A model generated the notes under the pieces. That model was not told where the DNA came from. It made no database searches and saw only the letters and a list, made by a program, of their open reading frames with translations. The position numbers were made by a program, and so were the translations under genes. DNA of 64,000 bases, taken from assembly GCA_004022145.1 (NCBI GenBank), contig RCNU01000001.1; one strand, written 5' to 3'. Shown here piece by piece: positions 1 through 13,462 of the stretch; position 1 is the first letter of the stretch, and each line of letters begins with the position of its first letter. Origin of the DNA: Paecilomyces variotii. Lineage: Eukaryota.

Positions 1-1400
1 CTGTCCGATCAATACGGAAAGCAGCGGTACGAAGCGGTCCGTCACAAAGCGCGAGTACAAAGGACCAAAGCACATGGGTATTATACCGGCGACAGCGAAG
101 AGTCCAATAATGACGGTGGAATAATGGTACGGTGCTTCGGACAGGAGGAAAGTGAGAGTGGTCCAAAAACCGGTGAAGGTAGCTGCGGCAAAGAAGCCGA
201 TCAGACAGGCTTGGAAGAGAACCGGATACTTGAAAACAAGCTGGACAATGGTCCACAGGATTTCACCATAGTGGATATTTCTGTTGGTGGGAGGGTAATC
301 CGGCATGAAGAGCCACAGGAGGATGACGATGAAATACTGCAACCCAAACGAGAGCCAGTATACATTGCGCCAGGAAGAATACTTGGCGATTATACCGGAG
401 AGTACCCTTGCAATAAGAAGCCCTAATAGTAGTCCTGAAACCACGATTGATAATGCAGTTGCTCGCCGATGCGGAGGCGCGAGATCTCCGACTAGAGGGA
501 GCATGATTTGCTACATTCGTTAGCCACCTTCGCAACTTCACCGGAGTCTCGTATACTATGTTGTAGATTCTCGGTTGAATCAATACATACCGGCGTAACA
601 GTGGTCACACTCGTGATGAAACTCAACGCGACAAACGCCCCGAAACTATTTGTCAAGCACAATCCCAGCCAGACAGTAGACGTGAACCATGCTAGGAACA
701 ACACGAAGGGTCTACGCTTGACCAGATCGCCCAGCGGACAAAGAAAGACGAGTCCTGCGGCATATCCGCCCTGCATGACCGTCGGGATAACCGAGACTCG
801 TTCATAGCTTACATCAAAAGCGTCCGCGAGGACGCCCAGGATGGGATGGCTGTAGTAGAGGTTTGCGACCTGGATGGTGTTAGCATGCAAATTCCTTATT
901 GTCCTACTTTACGAGGAGGATGTTGTTTATAATTCCTTTGAAGTATTTGAACCGCGTCATGATAACTCCCCATCGATCAACCATAAACATCCCAAATCTA
1001 TACAATGCACATCATGCACGTTGTACATATACATGTACTTTACATATATGTCACAGCGTCCCAACATAAAAAAGCTCAAGATGAAAGAAAAAGATCACTA
1101 GGTACTCACCGTAAACGTAGCCGCGAACCCAAAGAGCAAGTTCAGGGTGAGACTGAACTCCGGTGGCTTCTTGGGATCCCACCTACACCGCGGCGGCGTC
1201 CATGTCACGATGTCGTACAATCGCCGGCCGATACTCCTCCGCTGCTGGGCGTTCTCCGGCTGTGTCTGGTTTCCGGATGCGGAAATCCGAGATTGAGTCT
1301 CCTCGGTGACGGGGAGCACATAGCTACACGAGGGTACGGAGACAGCCCCGATGGCCGCGGGAGGAGACTCGGCCGAGGAGGCGGATTCGGATTCTCCCAT
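1..1400 (-). CDS. Major facilitator superfamily transporter; 3' end runs off the window start
   Basis: ATG at 1400. Introns 870-1109 (GTGAGT..GCTAAC..CAG) and 511-590 (GTATGT..GCTAAC..TAG). Spliced product reads FAATFTVANLYYSHPIL..QGGYAAGLVFLCPLGDLVKRR..VTTVTPQIMLPLVGDLAPPHRRATALSIVVSGLLLG..SWRNVYW, with hydrophobic helices and an MFS motif-A-like loop. Confidence 0.9.
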
Positions 1401-2641
1401 GGGGTGTGAAACGAAGCGATGGTAAGGGAAGGGAGGAGGGGATCAGGAGGAGGGTGGGATTATTAGTTCGTTTTTAGCTATGATCATTAAACGGAGTGGA
1501 GAGATGAGTTAGGGAAGGAAATGGAGACAAGGACTAAAAAGTGGATAATTATGACAGCAGTAGGTAAATGCTAACAATGCTATCTAATCTCGCCCAATTG
1601 TCGCAATCCTGTGGTAGAATGAAATCCATCGAATTGTTCGAGACCCTTTCTTCGTGTCATGGCGGGGCCGTTAACTATTCCGGCACTGATGTATTGATGT
1701 AACTTCTTCGATACCTAACTACGGAGAAGAGAGGAGAGATATATCAATAATTATAAATCAAAAATGCCGATCTCGTTGCAATCGTGACCTTTTCTTTTCT
1801 AACTTGATGTGCATTAGCTTTGCTATGCCCCTCGGGGGGGGGGGGAATTTTAGCGGCCAGTGCTTCAAAGCTTCGTGAAGGCTTAAGTCGCTCTTTTAAG
1901 GCGATTACTACTTAGCTTATCGGATAAGAATCCTCGGACTTGCTTTTTCTACCCCTGTGTTGACTGAAACAGCCGGTACATCTTACTACATCCCTTCTAA
2001 AATGGATAGCGCGGCATCCGATCGACATGTTCTATCATTACCATATATATCATTCGAAGTGGATGTAGATTGGTGATGCCGTATTATACATAGATCAGGA
2101 ATGCAGATGTCGGGGATGAAGCAGTTCACGACAGAAGAGTCTAGTGACTACGAGCTACATTTATCCGAAGTAAAGATATCACAAGCAACGACACCAATTA
2201 ACTTCGAATCCAGATCTAACTAACAGATTATTCCAACGATGCTCCGTAATATCAAAGCTCTATGATAGCATACTACATACCTAATCTATGTTATTCAACC
2301 AAGCAGCATCATTTTGTCATAATCTACGACTGGGCAATGATGATAAGCATTTAAAGCATCACCGTTCACCGTGTGTGGTAGATATATTGTTTCCTCTGAG
2401 TTGGTACATCTTGCTCTGAAGTATTGAGGGCATGTTGTAGATGTGTACATCATATTCATTCTTATTGAGTGGAGTAAATAAAATATCTCGCCGGTTTACT
2501 TTCACACAACCATACCATAACCAATTCCTTAGAACCATACATGTATCAACTGTCCACCCAAGTCACAAAATCCAGATTATGCTGGTAGCTCCACAAAAAG
2601 AGAAAGGGAAATAGAGACCTCGAGTATGATCAATCTAGAAG

Positions 2642-3246
2642 CTAAGCATATCCAATCTTATCTCCCATCTCCCTTACCCATTCAGGCAACTGACCGTTAG
2701 GGTCCCGTCCTCTGGGGCACTGTTGGAGGACAACGAAGCCAACGCCTGAATACATTACATGTCAGCAAGAAAATCACAATGCAGAAAATCAACAAATCAC
2801 CGTTAAGATAGAATGACAACGTAAGGAACAACAAACATACCACACAACTCATGAATGTCCTTCATGGCCTCCAGCGTCTTCCTATAAAGCTCCCCTTCGT
2901 TCTGCATCGGCAACCCTTCCACGAAAATAATTAGCTGGGCAGCATCCTTCGCGACAGTCTTATGCCAGATCCTGTCCCACGCAACGCGGATATCGTATAC
3001 CACGGGTATCAGTCCCGCGGCGCGCACCTTCTCGGTGACTTGAGGCTTCAGAGCCGCCCACTCTGGCAAGAGTGGGTTACTGTTGGAACTGACTTGGGTC
3101 CATGTACGGCTGTGTTGGTCGGCGTAGGGGTGCTTGGGGTATGGTTCGGGGACGTCGACGTCTGGGTCTGACGGGTAGGATATAGATGTAGGGCTGATTT
3201 CTCCGAGCCCTTCGATAAACAGCGGTGGAAAGCTGTTGGTAGGCAT
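2642..3246 (-). CDS. Hypothetical protein, two exons
   Basis: 147-aa ORF from ATG 3246. Predicted intron 2746-2840 (GTATGT..CAG) continues in frame to GVGFVVLQQCPRGRDPNGQLPEWVREMGDKIGYA*. No family recognised. Confidence 0.6.
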
Positions 3247-5181
3247 TGTGGTGTTATGGAGCGCGAAGAGAAGTATGTGGAAGCAGACTTCGTAAAGAAG
3301 ATGTATATGGCTGTCTAGGTTGATGACAGCGTGGACTGGGTAGCAGCGGGACCCTCAGGGACTTGTTCTCGACTTCGATCACCGGTCTTCGTGAACCACA
3401 AGGATATAGTAGCAACCGCAGCGACGACCGTGAGGACAGTAAAGAACATAAGATATGTTTATCGAGAAGACTGGAAAAAAGAAGGAAAAAGAAAGACAGC
3501 TATAGAGAACTTGACCCGGTATTTATGTACTCCCTGGAGCATGCTCTGACTCCACCTTCATTTCGATGACACATTTCATGAAGGTGAACGCCATCTGGAA
3601 AGATCAATGCAGTGCAGATGACACATAATCTGTGACTTAGGACAAGTGAGTGAGTGGGTTCTCGAAGGGAAATTCCTTGTTCACAGTGATGGCATGGATG
3701 GTACATACCATATAAATAGTAACTCGAGAAAGTATTGCAAGATACAATGAATAAAATTTCCTGTAGATGTTGCTTTGAAGATGTTTCCCGAGAAGTGTGT
3801 CGGCGCACAAAGCGTATATTCAGGTGATCTGCCATATCATCCGTTAGCGGCAGGTTCTTTGATATCCTATTGATAGGGCAGAACCTACTCGATCTCTAGG
3901 ATCTAGATTCTTTGTATGCGATGGAGATAAATATAGGCTTAGAGCCAAGCAATCCATCTAGCCATTAGTTAGCAGGTTCAAATGATACGACCGTGCTTCT
4001 GTGCTTTGGACTCGACAAAGGGTGGGGATGGCCCTAACCGTTTATTCTTGCGTCGAGAAAGAAAGGCAAGCTGCATTACCAGTTCAATCATGGTTTTTTT
4101 ATACGTGACTGTAGTTTCCTCCCCCAAAAAGAATACCAGATGGCAGGCATGGTCATATAGATATTAAAAGATTATAAAGAACGAGAAAGACAAAGTGGAT
4201 TGACTCAACCTCCATTGTATATAATTCAGTCGTGTGCTCCTGGTCAAGATGTAAGTCCAGTTTAGGAGATATCTTGCTCCTATTTATACTGCAAATTCTA
4301 CACAAGCATGCTTGCTATTAGGGTTATCCTCATCCTGTAACAAATAAAAAAGTATCTAGAATTAAATGCTGGCCTTGATAGCAAATATAACTACAAAAAA
4401 TACATCTATTTGGCACTAATCCCTAAGCAAACAACGGATAACTAGGTGTCCCGTAGTTAGCAAACACTAGACAAGACTACAAAGACAAAGAGAGTATTAC
4501 TACTGGTCGCACATTATAGAGATATTTTCCACTGTACTAATACGGCATCAGAATAGGCAAAATAATTTAGATTGATTACAAATTTTAAGTTTGCTCTCTA
4601 TGTTGTCAACTTTGATAACTCATGCTTTATGGTAATGCATACTCGTATGACGTTGTGGGTGCCGCCTCTACGCAGGTGATATGATGGCAGCTGACTGGAA
4701 AGTGATACCTTGGACAGACTTCTATAGTATCCAGAAGACGCCACCATGAGCATTTTAGAAGAATGTATGTTATGAAGTAGGAGCAACTCAACTCAGGATG
4801 CGACTGTTCAGGACATACAGTCAAAGGGTCTTCAAAAGTATCATCGTACGTCAGAACGAATGTACCATAGAGAGGTGATAGACGTAAAATCGACTAGCTT
4901 TTGCTATGAAAACCGGTAAATAACACCCAAGATCAACCATTCGATCAGATTCTAGCCCTCCTCCCGAAGATATGAGAAGGCTAGCCCAGTCGTATACACA
5001 CTCGGAAACCAATTCCAAGGACATTATAAGGAAAGACAAAGGTAAATAAGGAGACGGATATCCGCTCTTTAAACGTAGCAAATAAAGCGCTGATAATCAT
5101 ATAAGACTGATAAGACAATAATAGGTAGAATCGAGGGCATCCGAAGCAAAGGGAAACTCATCCAAGACAGGAATAATGAAC

Positions 5182-6709
5182 TCATGAGTAGAAGGTGCTC
5201 TTTTGGAAACTTTCCGGAGAGATGTCACCCATCTTGCCCTTGATTTCCGGCTTCTTCTCCTCCGGGTGCGACACAGCAGACATGCTCTGAGATCGGGCTT
5301 CCGTAGCCGCACCAGTTGTGCTCTGCATAGTACCAGTCCTGCTAGCGGGAGCACTGCCAGTGGTGATCGCCTGCTGCGCGGGTCTCCGCTGAATAGTTTC
5401 GAGGTACGGGCTGGGGAGATATCCGACACGACCGTCCCTGGCCCTGCAGCGCCACCACTCTGATGGGTTGCCCATCGGGTCAGACTTACCAAGCACGGCG
5501 ACAATGTCGCCCTTCTTCACGGCAAGATCGATGCCGTTGGTGTTCTGCGTCTCCGGGGTGTAGTCATACAGGACGCGACAGAAATCCAGCTTGGAGGGAT
5601 CGAGAGGCGCACTTTGCTGGCCAGGTTCGCCAGATCCCATCAGGAGCTGTTGGCGTTTTGCCTCTTCCTCCTGAGAACGAGCGAGAGCGCGGATCAGCTT
5701 ACCCATCAGGTAGGGAAGGCCGAAGACGGCGACGATAAACATGAGGAAGGGCTTCTTCGACGGCCTTGGGGGAGCGGGAGAGCCATCAGGAAGGGATGCA
5801 GGAGCCGATCTGCCGTGCAAGAATGCAGAGAAAGCAGATGGCGTCAGGGCTGTTGCATCTGCAGGTAGTGGCCGGCCGGTGAGCTTGGCGAAGAGCGTCT
5901 TGAACCATCGGATCAGTGTGAAGATTCCCAGAACAGAACCCAAGGTATTTCTCAGATTCCCAAATTGCTCCGCGACAGACACCATGGCTACAATATCAAG
6001 TTAGTTTCGTCCCCAGAATCGACATAAGACTCGACGTCTCAACATACCAAAGAAGGAACTATGCGTGGCCATATAGGTGCTCTCTAGCATCTGCGCAAAC
6101 CCACCAAATGCGCCAACGATGCTCTCGATAATCTGGAACGTGGCCTGCGTGCTTTGACTGAACGAGTTTGTCAAGCTGTTCGGGTCATTCGGATCCCCAG
6201 ACATGCCTCCCATTCCGCCATACATCCCGCCCATGCCCCCCATACCTCCATACATGCTACCGTACCCTCCGTAGCCACCGTACATCGATCCCATCCCACC
6301 CAAACGTGAGTATGGCGATGAGTAGCCACCGTATCCGCCGTATCCGCCGTAGCCTCCATAAGGGCTTGTTCCCAATCGCGATGCGCCGTACGGAGAGTAT
6401 GTCGAGGCGGTGCGGTTAACAACAGAATTGAGAGAATCCGGGCGCGACGGCAGTTCCGGAGGGTTTGCCATCGATCCAGACGCAGATGTTGTTGAAGTAG
6501 TTGGAGTTGTAGACGTGGTCGAGGTGGTACCACCGCTGGCCGGCAGTGCTGGTAAGGCCGAACCTATTCACAAGAGGGGGAGTTAGTGATGATAACCACG
6601 GAGAGATGCCATATAAACCTAATCTCCTTCACGACAGCGATTTCCCTGATCACCTACCAGTTGTAGCACCCGCCCTCTCCCACGGCTTGGGTGGCGATAC
6701 CGACGCCAT
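5182..6709 (-). CDS. PEX13: Peroxin 13, peroxisomal docking protein with SH3 domain
   Basis: N-terminal MASVSPPKPWE, YG/GM-rich region, SQSTQATFQIIESIVGAFGGFAQMLESTYMATHSSFF, and C-terminal SH3 (FCRVLYDY..DLAVKKGDIVAVL..WWRCRARDGRVGYLPSPYL). Introns 6564-6657 and 5988-6047. Confidence 0.97.
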
Positions 6710-7609
6710 CGAGTCAACAGGCGCGTTCAGCAGGCGGACATGGAGATGACCTGACTGTTGAGTCGAAGTGCAGGCTAGGGCGTCAATGCAAGATGAGGAG
6801 AGAGATGCAAGGACAGCGACCCTTCACCCTACCAAGCCGACGACGAGAAGAGAGATGGAGGAGTCGAGTTCGCGATGGAGTGGAGAAAGAAAGTTGACGG
6901 GGCGGTCAGATGCGAGAAAAGGCCGGGGGAAACGGACCAAACGGGTCGAGGGCGGGGTTGGGCCGAACACAGGAGCCGAGGTTGACTCTGTAGGCAAGTA
7001 ATAATAATGATGATAACTAGATAGTTATCGTTTCTTTATAACTATTCTTCTACTAGATCAATACCACTACTCGGGCTCACTGCCAAGAAGGAATTTGTGC
7101 GATCTACGAGTATTATCACCAACCGGTCTGTTACTGAAAGAAATCAACAGAAGGAAGTTGTGCAAATATGCTGAGTCATCATCGCCATTGCCGCTCGGTT
7201 CCCTTCCCGGTATTCGGGTCGTTCCCCGACAACTTTCTATAGGGAACAGAGAGTAGACAAACCAGGCATATACCATCTTCAGCGTTATGTCTCGGTACTC
7301 AAGAAGCCGTCCACATGAGGCGACGTTAACTTGCAATGACAAAATAAACTACATTCTATTCATCTGGTAACTAACTAGATCCCAGCACTGCAGATGGCGC
7401 TTTAGCGGGTCATGTGATGCATATCACCACAGGCGTCTCCTATCTGGACAGAGCCTCGGCTCTGCTGCCCTGGCCATCCAAGATACCGTTACTTATTGGA
7501 TCCCTCATGATCTACTAGTTCGCCATTCAACAGGATTGCGCACTGATGGGGAGGATCAACCGTTGAGTATCATGAGCGATTTCAAGGAAAAGCCTCTACT
7601 GCAGACATA

Positions 7610-9031
7610 ATGGCTCGGTGTCCATCAGACGACGTGCTCTGGATGATTGGTGAGCACATTGAGGATCTCGAAACAAGATACAACCTGATACAATGTTCGC
7701 GGAGATTTCATCGATTATTTCTACCACTGCTATATTCATCACTCTCATTCCGGTGTACCAGGGATGAGTATTGTGAAGACCGTGTTGGTAGTTACTCGAA
7801 GAGCAAATTTGCACTCATCCAGGACCTCTGCCGTCGTCCAGATCTCGCAAGGCTTGTACGTCACTTGGAGGTCAATGTCAAAAGCGACAGCGTATCAGAG
7901 GGACTCGTGGAATACTATGTGCCTCCTTTCTGGGGTCTCGTGCATACGGACCTGTCGCTACTTGATCAAATATCGAAGGAGATATGGGAGACCGAGCAAG
8001 AAGGATCCCAGTTGGTCAGATATCTCAGACGCGGCTCCGTAGATGCTTGGTCGAGTCTTTTATTGGCAAAACTCTCTCATCTGCAGACGATGAGCATCAT
8101 ACATGCGGACTGGGACGAACCGTTTTTCTTTAATCGAGTCCTACTCAAGGCTGCCACACGGCAGTATCCATTTCACGAAGCACCCCATCTTTCCCGTCTT
8201 CATACCGTGGACTTTTCTCCTAGCCATGAAATGGACGGGGTAGCGGCAACTTTTGTTGTGCCATTTTTTAATTTACCTGCTGTCCGCACGATCCGTGGCT
8301 ACAGTGTGATCGATTGGGACCTCTGCGAGGTATTGAAACACGATGGTCTAGAGATAACGAAGGGTACAAGCCCAGTCACGGAAATAAAGCTCTGTGGCGA
8401 ATATGACGAAGAAATGGACTACTGGTTTGCAGCCTGCAGCAAACTGGAGACATTCAAATTCTTATATATGCAGGGAGGTAACCCATTAGAGTTGCCCTTG
8501 GAAATATTTCGAGCAAAGGAATTGCGCAGATCTCTCCTGTCGTTTCGAAAAACACTGAAAACCATATGGGTAACAGGCCCCGACTGCTCCACAAGCACTT
8601 TCACCAATGGATACGATGAGCCAGCCGATATCTTCGTGTTCGGGTCGTTCAAGGAGTTCTCTGCTCTTCGGGAACTACGCATTGATTTGGTCAACTTTTT
8701 GTGCGACGACTGGGTGGATGGTACTGCAGAATACCATATCATCGATCTCCTCCCACGCTCCCTGGAGGTGCTTGACATTATGAACATTTACCCTAATATG
8801 TTGGCATACCTAATAGCAGACTTTATGCAAGTGATCGGAGAGAGGAGCACGCGCGTCCCTCACTTCAAGACTCTTAAAATCGGCTCGGAATCTTTCTGGT
8901 TCCCAACAGATGAGACTCAAGAAAATCTCGAATTTTTGAGAGGCTTTTGCGATGGAACTGGCATCAAGCTAGTTGTCCATAGTGACGAATGTCCCCCACT
9001 GTGTGAATTACAGGACTGTATTTGTGTGTAA
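7610..9031 (+). CDS. Intronless F-box-like / LRR-like hypothetical protein (473 aa)
   Basis: Long uninterrupted ORF. N-terminus PSDDVLWMIGEHI..LIQCSRRFHRLFLPLLYSSL resembles fungal F-box-like domains; C-terminal LxxL repeats (FGSFKEFSALRELRI, LLPRSLEVLDI). Confidence 0.75.
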   Translation: MARCPSDDVLWMIGEHIEDLETRYNLIQCSRRFHRLFLPLLYSSLSFRCTRDEYCEDRVGSYSKSKFALIQDLCRRPDLARLVRHLEVNVKSDSVSEGLVEYYVPPFWGLVHTDLSLLDQISKEIWETEQEGSQLVRYLRRGSVDAWSSLLLAKLSHLQTMSIIHADWDEPFFFNRVLLKAATRQYPFHEAPHLSRLHTVDFSPSHEMDGVAATFVVPFFNLPAVRTIRGYSVIDWDLCEVLKHDGLEITKGTSPVTEIKLCGEYDEEMDYWFAACSKLETFKFLYMQGGNPLELPLEIFRAKELRRSLLSFRKTLKTIWVTGPDCSTSTFTNGYDEPADIFVFGSFKEFSALRELRIDLVNFLCDDWVDGTAEYHIIDLLPRSLEVLDIMNIYPNMLAYLIADFMQVIGERSTRVPHFKTLKIGSESFWFPTDETQENLEFLRGFCDGTGIKLVVHSDECPPLCELQDCICV

Positions 9032-9739
9032 GTAGACAAGAAAAAACACGAAAGATACAAGAAAGATATTCCGAATATATTTGAAACATCTATAGCTAGT
9101 TATACATGCTGTGCGGTCAAGGGAGGTTTTATGTTGACCAAACTGCGGTATTCGTCGTTTCTTCGAGGAATGTGTCGAAACCTAAACAGCACGGGAGCAG
9201 GATCTGAATTGCTTGCTTGACTCTAGGTCTAGGGGGGATTTGATCCCATATTTATCTCTAGCATACAAAGAATCTAGATCCTAGTAATCTAGTAATCTAG
9301 TAGGTTCGATCCAATTCCATGCGGGAACCTGGTGTAACGGATGATTGCAGATCACCTGGCGTTTGCTTTGTACGCCGACAGAATGCAGAACGAATCTTTA
9401 CGAATCATACATCATGGCTCTATGCCGTTCCGCTAATTCCGCGGATCGAAATACATACACCTGCAGAGTGGAAAAGAAAATCATGCTCAGCGAATAGAGC
9501 TTCATATTCTCGGATGATGCAACGGAGAAGAGTCTAGTAAGATATCGAGGTGACTGTCACAGCCCAAAGTAGTATTATATACATGTAGTGCTACCCATGA
9601 CTCCAAGGGGAATGCCTAGTAAGTGAACCATGCGCGTTGTTAATGTGCGCGTGAATGAAAAGAGAGAGCTCGAACGCCAATTCGGACTTGAATATACCAT
9701 GCACAATAAATTGAAACGCAGGAGAACTTGCGACCATGG

Positions 9740-11669
9740 TCACAGCTCCCGGTCACCAGAAGAAGGTGGATTAGGGAATCGGATTTTCCAGGCGCGGGGC
9801 GTCACTGGCAGACCCAGCCAGTAACTCCACAGGCGGTCCAGTTCCAGAATCGATATCTCCCATCTAAAGCAGCAATCAGTATACAGTCATTCTTGAATCG
9901 TGATGATCGAGGGTTTACTCACATAGTGCGGGGAAGCTGCACCCACGAGTGCAGAACCCAAGTGAACGTCCGCCAAAAGACATTGACTTCTGCCTTGATC
10001 ATTCCTAGGAGGGTATCTGCGACATCATCTTCAGTCCTCTCCCACGGCCGATAGTCGTCTACAGAGTCCCAGTCATCGTCATCATCTTCCGCGTAAAAGG
10101 ATGACCCTCCGTCCTTGTAATAATGTCTCGCTTCTGCTCCCTTCTTCTCCCCTGGTGCTCTGAGGGGCTCTGACACCGGGGGGTGAACGGTGAGCAGATC
10201 CTCCTTGCCAGACTCCACTGCCTGTCGGAAACTACGCACTGCGGCTAAACTGTGGGAGATGCGACCGAATGTGTTGATAAGAGCAACAAGCTCTGTGCGT
10301 CGAAGTGGTGGATTGTCGATGGTGTTATTCTCATCGTAATCGAACAGGACCTTCAGGGCAGTCCCGTAGCCATTGACTTGGAGCTTTCCCCAGAGCCGGC
10401 ATTTGTCGCATCCAATGCAGTCCATCAGTCTGCTGACGTTCCTGAATCGGTGGCGGAAGTCATCTTTTAGGCCAGCCGCGCTTGGGTCCTGGAACATAGC
10501 GGTCTCGTCGAAGACCTGTGGCCGTGACGCGAGCTCGTTGGTGAGATCCAACACCTTTTGCTTCGTCTCGCGGTCCTGAACTGGGTCACTGGTACAGAAG
10601 GTGTATCCTTCCAAATGCTTTCGCAGCTTGGCGACAGCCCGAGAGACCAAGGCGTAATTGAAATAGAGGTTCGATATCCGCTCCGGATGGTTGTGCAGCC
10701 TCTCCTTGTAGCACTGCACATTTGGTGCCCATTGACCCGTCGTCTGATTCAGGTAATCCCAGCAAAGATGAGTCGAGATAGACGCATGCATTCCGCTGAT
10801 AACGCGGTGGAAGACACGTTTCTCCAAACACTCATTGTCCAGCGGCAGACTGTCGCTACGCTTCATTTCCTGTTGGAGGACATTTCTGAAGTCATTGGCA
10901 GCCTGGAGGCCTCCCTCAGGCAAACCGCGGAATGGCTGGTTAAATGGAGTTTGCGCCTCAGGCGTTGGCTTCACAAAGCAGTTTTCACGATAGATCGCAT
11001 CCCACACCTGATGAGCTCCGGGACCTGCGTACCCTGTGAACCGCTCCGGGTTGTCCACTAGACTCACATAGTCGCCCTTTCCGGCCGCGCCTTCATCCTC
11101 GGGAATGCAGTAGTCTCTCTCATCACACTCGTCATCATATTCAACCACACAACTCTCTCCGACGTCCTCGCCCAGTTCCCCCTGAAGCGGCCTGTCCTTG
11201 GGCCGCTCCTCCTGTTGTTTTCGACCAGGATGTCCGACCTTGGGACCTTCCAATTTACTCAGTTCCTCTGCTCTCCAAATTGGGGGTATATCTTCCTCCG
11301 ACTCAATGGTATGGACTGAGCATGCAATGTTCCCGCACATGCTACTCTCGTCTGACCAGAATGGACATTCTTTATTGAACAAGTTAAGACGGTAGTACGA
11401 GAAGAAATCCGTGTCATGAGTTATAGAATTGAGGATGGGGTATATCTGGTCATTGAGCGTATCGATTCTCGCGTAGGAGGCGCAGGTGTCAGAGACGGTA
11501 GCCTTGGGATCGATCTGAGAATATCTCCAGTTAGTAGACCTATAAGTAACGAAACGAGAAACTTGTCACTCACAGCACACGTATCAGCAGATCCATAATG
11601 GCTGGCTGCTTTAGCAGGTCCCAGCAGCGCAAAGACTGCCAGGTAGAATATCTTCGCGGCAGAGCGCAT
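9740..11669 (-). CDS. ERO1: ER oxidoreductin 1 (sulfhydryl oxidase)
   Basis: Signal peptide MRSAAKIFYLAVFALL, CPFW..CGNIAC shuttle cysteines, NPERFTGY, and active site MDCIGCDKCRLWGKLQ (CxxCxxC). Introns 11515-11573 and 9864-9922; last exon ends ..SSGDREL*. Confidence 0.97.
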
Positions 11670-12524
11670 CTTGGGACACCTTTCCTCCGACAGCAACAAA
11701 TAGATTATGCAATCGAGAACAGGGACAGCTAAAGAATGCCGCCGTATAGTCTATGAAATAGACTTCAACAGCCCTCGAGAACGTCGATGTGGCCGGTGAA
11801 ATAGTTTATCAGCAAAACGCGCAGATGAGGCGCATCATCTAGAGCTTAAAAACTTCCAGCGCAGATGGAATTCAGGCACCAGGAAAGGGGTTGGCAAAGC
11901 CAAACGTGGAATTAAAAAGCTGCAAAAAAGCAGCACCAGCGGCACCCTTGTAATTCCAAGAAGAAAGGCAGAGAGGTCTATGTGGCCTGACAACGTCCAT
12001 GGATTGCAAACTAAAAGATGACATCTGGCCTTGGTGGCGGATCAAGCAGCAGCATCGCTATCGAAAGATCCGGCCCGGCTGTGGCGGTGCTGCCGCCAAG
12101 ACTGCATCAGACGCGAATATTCCACCGTGCTTCTTCGATATTTCATCTACATAATTCTTACTCCACATGTTATGCTTGTTTACATACAGAATAATAATTA
12201 TCGATATTCACAACTTGCGATTCATACAAATGAGCCCTATCTTTGCGACTGCACATAAGCTATTCAAGTTGCCCACTAGTCGTTACATACCTCCCACTGA
12301 GCTACTATATCTTATACCATAATCTCTCTCAGCTCATGCAGAGTCCAGGGACTCCTAGGTACAATCCATGGCCTGTTTGATTTGTCTAATATTGTGAGTC
12401 TATTCATTTCAATGGAAGTACCTTTAACAGAAAAAGAAAACGCTGTTCTATACATAAATCAAGAGACCGCCTATGGGACATGCTACATAGTAATAATACC
12501 TACCCTTGAGATTAAAATCCATCC

Positions 12525-13462
12525 CTACAACCTCTCTCCACCTTCCAAATCATGGCCCTCCTGCATCTCCGAAACCCTCTCTTTCCTACTCCCCGCCAAA
12601 TCCTTAGCCGCTTCCTCCTTCATCGGCTCATCAACCATACCCCCAAGCCCCAAACACCGTGCAGCGAAATGGAAGATCAACCTCTCGACCTCAACCGCAT
12701 TCCTTGACAACCCATGATCGTCGCCCTCAAAAAGCTTCAACTCCCTCTCTCCCTTCTCGCCATACTGTCGAAACAGCGTCTGCGAACACGCCGGCGACAA
12801 ACACGTATCACCCGTTCCATGGAGAAGGAGGACTGGACGAGGACTTAGCTGTCTCACGCCCTCTGTCCCAGCAGTTTGAGATGCGACGGTAGCGACCCCG
12901 CGGACTCGTTCTGGTTCTCGTGCAGCTACGGTGAAGCAGGGACTGCCGCCAAAGGACCAGCCGACGATGACGAAGTTCTTGGATGAGTAGTGAGTGGCGA
13001 GGTAATCGAATGCAGCGACCACGTCCGCGGTGCAGTACTTTTCGCGTGCAGGTTGACGGTAATCGAGTCTGATGCAGGGGATGTTGAGAAGAAGGGAGAA
13101 TTTATCTGCTAGGGATGGGTATATACCTGCCGTTGAGTTTAGTATGTATTGATCGATCAATCAATCAATCAATCACCCGTCTTTTAATTTACATAAAATA
13201 AAAGGGACGACCGGAAGTACATACCAGCAGGTCCACTAACACCCCCTCCAGCACCACTGATAAGAACCACCGCGGATTCATTCGCCTGCTGTCGATTATA
13301 ATTCCGGGGCTCATGAAGAATCGCAGGCGCCTCATGATCCAAGGGATCTTTTACTCTGATCCCGATAGACTTCGCAACTGAAGGTTTTACAGCGGCTGTC
13401 TGGGCCTTTGCGGGGTGTAATGGTCCTAAGCTCGCGGGTGTGTGGGAAAGCGTGCTCGCCAT
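12525..13462 (-). CDS. Alpha/beta-hydrolase fold protein
   Basis: VVLISGAGGG oxyanion-like loop, GWSFGG nucleophile elbow, LLLHGTGD and GDDHG give a Ser-Asp-His triad. Intron 13127-13224; likely ATG at 13462 (MASTLSHT). Confidence 0.88.

Noticed and set aside
9295-9320. GGTTCGATCC as a tRNA T-loop/B-box
   Set aside because: No cloverleaf stems or A-box in the flanking sequence.
12015-12032. UPR element upstream of ERO1 (CCAGATGTCA on minus)
   Set aside because: Only a loose resemblance to HacA sites; indistinguishable from chance by eye.
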